Source of the DNA: Pseudomonas aeruginosa
Lineage (GTDB): Bacteria > Pseudomonadota > Gammaproteobacteria > Pseudomonadales > Pseudomonadaceae
Direction: 5' to 3'
Assembly (NCBI RefSeq): GCF_001457615.1
Contig: NZ_LN831024.1
Span: forward strand, 2,880,001-2,912,000
Length of the DNA: 32,000 bases
Positions within the stretch are counted from its first letter, which is position 1; each line of letters opens with the position of its first letter. Made by a program: the position numbers and the translations under genes. The notes below the pieces were generated by a model that saw nothing but the letters and a program-made list of their open reading frames with translations, was not told where the DNA came from and did no database searches. Below, one piece after another: positions 29,687 through 32,000 of the stretch.

Positions 29687-32000
29687 TCAGAAGTCGTAGC
29701 GGGCGGTCACGCCCAGGGTGCGCGGCGTGCCGAGCACGCCGGCGTAGCCGCCGTTGGCGGAATTCCAGAGGCTGGTGAAGTAGGTCTTGTCGAAAGCGTT
29801 CTTCAGCCACAGGGACAGGTCCCACTGGCCGTCCCCGTAGTCGCCGCGCAGGCCGGCGGAGGCGTTGACCAGGGCGTAGCTGGGGATCTGTCCGTATGCG
29901 GAGTCGTCGATGGTGCCCACCGCCCTGGAGCGGAACGCGTAGCTGGCGGTGAGGTAGGGCTCCAGGCCATCGTCGAGCTTCCAGCGATACTCGCCATTGA
30001 AGTTGGCGATGTACTTCGAGGCACCGACCACCTGGTGCCCGCTGAGGTCGCAGGACGCCGGGGCGCCGGCCTGGAAGGCCACCTCGGGGGCGCACGGGGC
30101 GTTCTTGTAGGACAGGTAGCGAACGTCGTTGTAGGACGCATTGAAATTCAGGGTCAGGCCGCGGATCGGCAGGGCCGTCGCTTCGAACTCCAGGCCGCGC
30201 GAGCGCACATCGCCGGCATTGGTCAGGTACTGGGTGCGGTTGGCCTCGTCGTAGGCATTGGCCTGGTAGCCGTGGACCACGGTCCAGAACAGGTTGCCGT
30301 TGAGGATCAGGCGGTTGTCGAGGAGGGTGGTCTTCAACCCCAGCTCGGCATCGTTGGCGCGCTCGGTGCCAATCAGCAGCGAGTCGGCACCGGCGCTGGG
30401 AGCGCTGGCCACGGTCAGGTTGACGCCGCCGGATTTCTCGCCGTGGGACAGCGAGGCGTAGCCCAGAACCTGGTCGCTGAAGCGGTAGCTGAGGCTGAGC
30501 AGAGCGGACGGACTGACGCTGTGCAGGCCGATGTCGCCGCTGTCGTAGGCGCCGACCCTGCCGTTGCGCGCGGCCGCCGCCGCGCCGCTCACCGCGGCGC
30601 CGCCGAGCGGGGCGTAGCGTTCGACCCAGGCGGACTTTTCCTCGTAGGTGCCGCGCACGCCGGCGGTGAGGTCCAGGCGCTCGGTTAGGTGCCAGGTGCC
30701 CTGGGCGAACAGCGCGTAGCTGTCGGTGTCGATGTGCCCGCGACCGCGGGTGCTGACGTCGCTCAGGGCGCCGGCGGGGGTTCCGTTCCAGATGTCTGCC
30801 CTGGGCCCGTAGTCGGTGAAGGACTTGTTGTCGAGGTCCTGGCCGAAGTAGTAGGCGCCGAGCACGTAGTCGAAGAAGCCGCCGCTGGGCGAAGCCAGGC
30901 GGATTTCCTGCGACCACTGCTTGTCGCGCACCGAGACTCCGGCGTTATAGGCCGCCGGTACGTCCAGGCCGTCGTCGTTGCGCGGCGTGAAATCCCACCA
31001 GCGGTAGGCGCTGATGGAAGTGAGGGTGAAGTCGTTGGCCAGCTTCCAGTTGGCTTCCACCGAGGTTCCGCCCTGGAACACCGTGACCTGCTGGTCCGAG
31101 TCGAAGTTGACCTTGCGCCGATGGCCATCCACCAGCGTCGCGCCGGCCGCGGCGGCGCGCTGTTCGTAGCGGTTCACGCCGTTCACCGTGGGGCCGCTGC
31201 TGAACAGGGTAAGGACACCATTGTCGGAGTCTTCCTCGTTGTAGTCGCCGATCCAGCGCAGGCTGAAGTCGTCGTTCGGCTTGAACAGCAACTGCCCGCG
31301 GAAACCCTGGCGTGCGCCGCCGTTGAGGGTGTTGCCGTCGTGGAGGTTCTTCACGTAGCCGTCGTCGCGGGTGCGGTAGGCCGACAGGCGCCCGGCGAGG
31401 GTCTCGCCGAGCGGTCCGGAAATCGTGCCCCTGGCCTGGAAGTAGCCGTCCTCGCCGCCGGATATCTCAACGCTGCGCTCCGGAGTGAAGCTCGGCGCAC
31501 GGGTGCCGATGTTGATCACCCCGGCCGTGGTGTTCTTGCCGAACAGGGTGCCCTGCGGGCCGCGCAAGACCTCCAGCTGCTCGATGTCGAGAAGGTCGAA
31601 CGAGGCCATGCCGGGGCGGCCGAGGTAGACGTTGTCGAGGTACAGCCCGACGCTGCCTTCCAGGCCGTCGCTGGCCGGGTTGTTGCCGAGGCCGCGGATC
31701 GACACGCTGGACTGGCGCGCGTGGACGTAGGCGACGTTGGTGCTCGGCACCAGTTGCTGCAGGTCCTGCACCCGGTAGATGCGCTGGCTCTCCAGGGTTT
31801 CGCCGCCGAGCACGCTCATCGCGGTGGGCACATCCTGGGAGTTTTCCACCCGTCGCCGCGAGGTCACCGTGACGGTCTGCAGGGTGGTGGCCGGCTGCGC
31901 CTGGCGCGCCTCTTCGGTGCCCGCGGGGGTGTCGTCGGCGCCGGCCAGTTGCGCCCCTCCGGCGCAGGCCAGGCAGATCGACAGGGGCAGCAGGCGACGG
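29687..32000 (-). CDS. TonB-dependent outer membrane receptor (5' end beyond window)
   Basis: Plug domain (VENSQDVPTAMSVLGGETLESQ, QQLVPSTNVAYVHARQSSVSIRGLG, LEVLRGPQGTLFGKNTTAGVINI) and C-terminal ...GTPRTLGVTARYDF. The minus frame stays open to the window end with signal-like RRLLPLSICLACAGGAQLAGA, so the listed 31867 start is an internal GTG. Confidence 0.93.
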   Translation of the reverse strand, partial: RRLLPLSICLACAGGAQLAGADDTPAGTEEARQAQPATTLQTVTVTSRRRVENSQDVPTAMSVLGGETLESQRIYRVQDLQQLVPSTNVAYVHARQSSVSIRGLGNNPASDGLEGSVGLYLDNVYLGRPGMASFDLLDIEQLEVLRGPQGTLFGKNTTAGVINIGTRAPSFTPERSVEISGGEDGYFQARGTISGPLGETLAGRLSAYRTRDDGYVKNLHDGNTLNGGARQGFRGQLLFKPNDDFSLRWIGDYNEEDSDNGVLTLFSSGPTVNGVNRYEQRAAAAGATLVDGHRRKVNFDSDQQVTVFQGGTSVEANWKLANDFTLTSISAYRWWDFTPRNDDGLDVPAAYNAGVSVRDKQWSQEIRLASPSGGFFDYVLGAYYFGQDLDNKSFTDYGPRADIWNGTPAGALSDVSTRGRGHIDTDSYALFAQGTWHLTERLDLTAGVRGTYEEKSAWVERYAPLGGAAVSGAAAAARNGRVGAYDSGDIGLHSVSPSALLSLSYRFSDQVLGYASLSHGEKSGGVNLTVASAPSAGADSLLIGTERANDAELGLKTTLLDNRLILNGNLFWTVVHGYQANAYDEANRTQYLTNAGDVRSRGLEFEATALPIRGLTLNFNASYNDVRYLSYKNAPCAPEVAFQAGAPASCDLSGHQVVGASKYIANFNGEYRWKLDDGLEPYLTASYAFRSRAVGTIDDSAYGQIPSYALVNASAGLRGDYGDGQWDLSLWLKNAFDKTYFTSLWNSANGGYAGVLGTPRTLGVTARYDF

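Overview
The window is a GC-rich Pseudomonas chromosome segment. Gene order and protein sequences match my memory of the P. aeruginosa PA2361-to-PA2335 region; I did not run a database search. From left to right it contains: (1) the tail of the H3 type VI secretion cluster (icmF3/tssM3 C-terminus, tssA-type hsiA3, and the sigma-54 activator sfa3); (2) an orphan small protein and the msuE-msuD-msuC-type methanesulfonate/FMN operon with an SfnR-like activator; (3) an AFG1/ZapE-type ATPase and a periplasmic glycerophosphodiester phosphodiesterase; (4) a minus-strand sulfur-acquisition operon (MetNIQ-like ABC transporter, NtaA/DszA-type monooxygenase, two tandem SfnB-like flavoproteins, one of them frameshifted) divergent from a type II-like sulfide:quinone oxidoreductase; (5) the mannitol operon mtlEFGKDYZ with mtlR; (6) an arylsulfotransferase-like gene with a TonB-dependent receptor. 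I found no clear evidence of a wholly new defence or mobile system. The strongest non-annotation signals are: (a) a shared palindrome CTGTTGCC-NN-GGCAACAG upstream of sigma-54 -24/-12 elements at both sulfur operons, with a perfect IHF consensus between them at one locus; (b) two paralogous SfnR-type activators with near-matching DNA-binding helices, one attached to the T6SS cluster; (c) a single-base frameshift in the first SfnB-like tandem paralog; (d) marked Cys/Met depletion in several proteins, including the otherwise unassigned TonB receptor/arylsulfotransferase pair, which suggests that pair is also a sulfur-starvation module.
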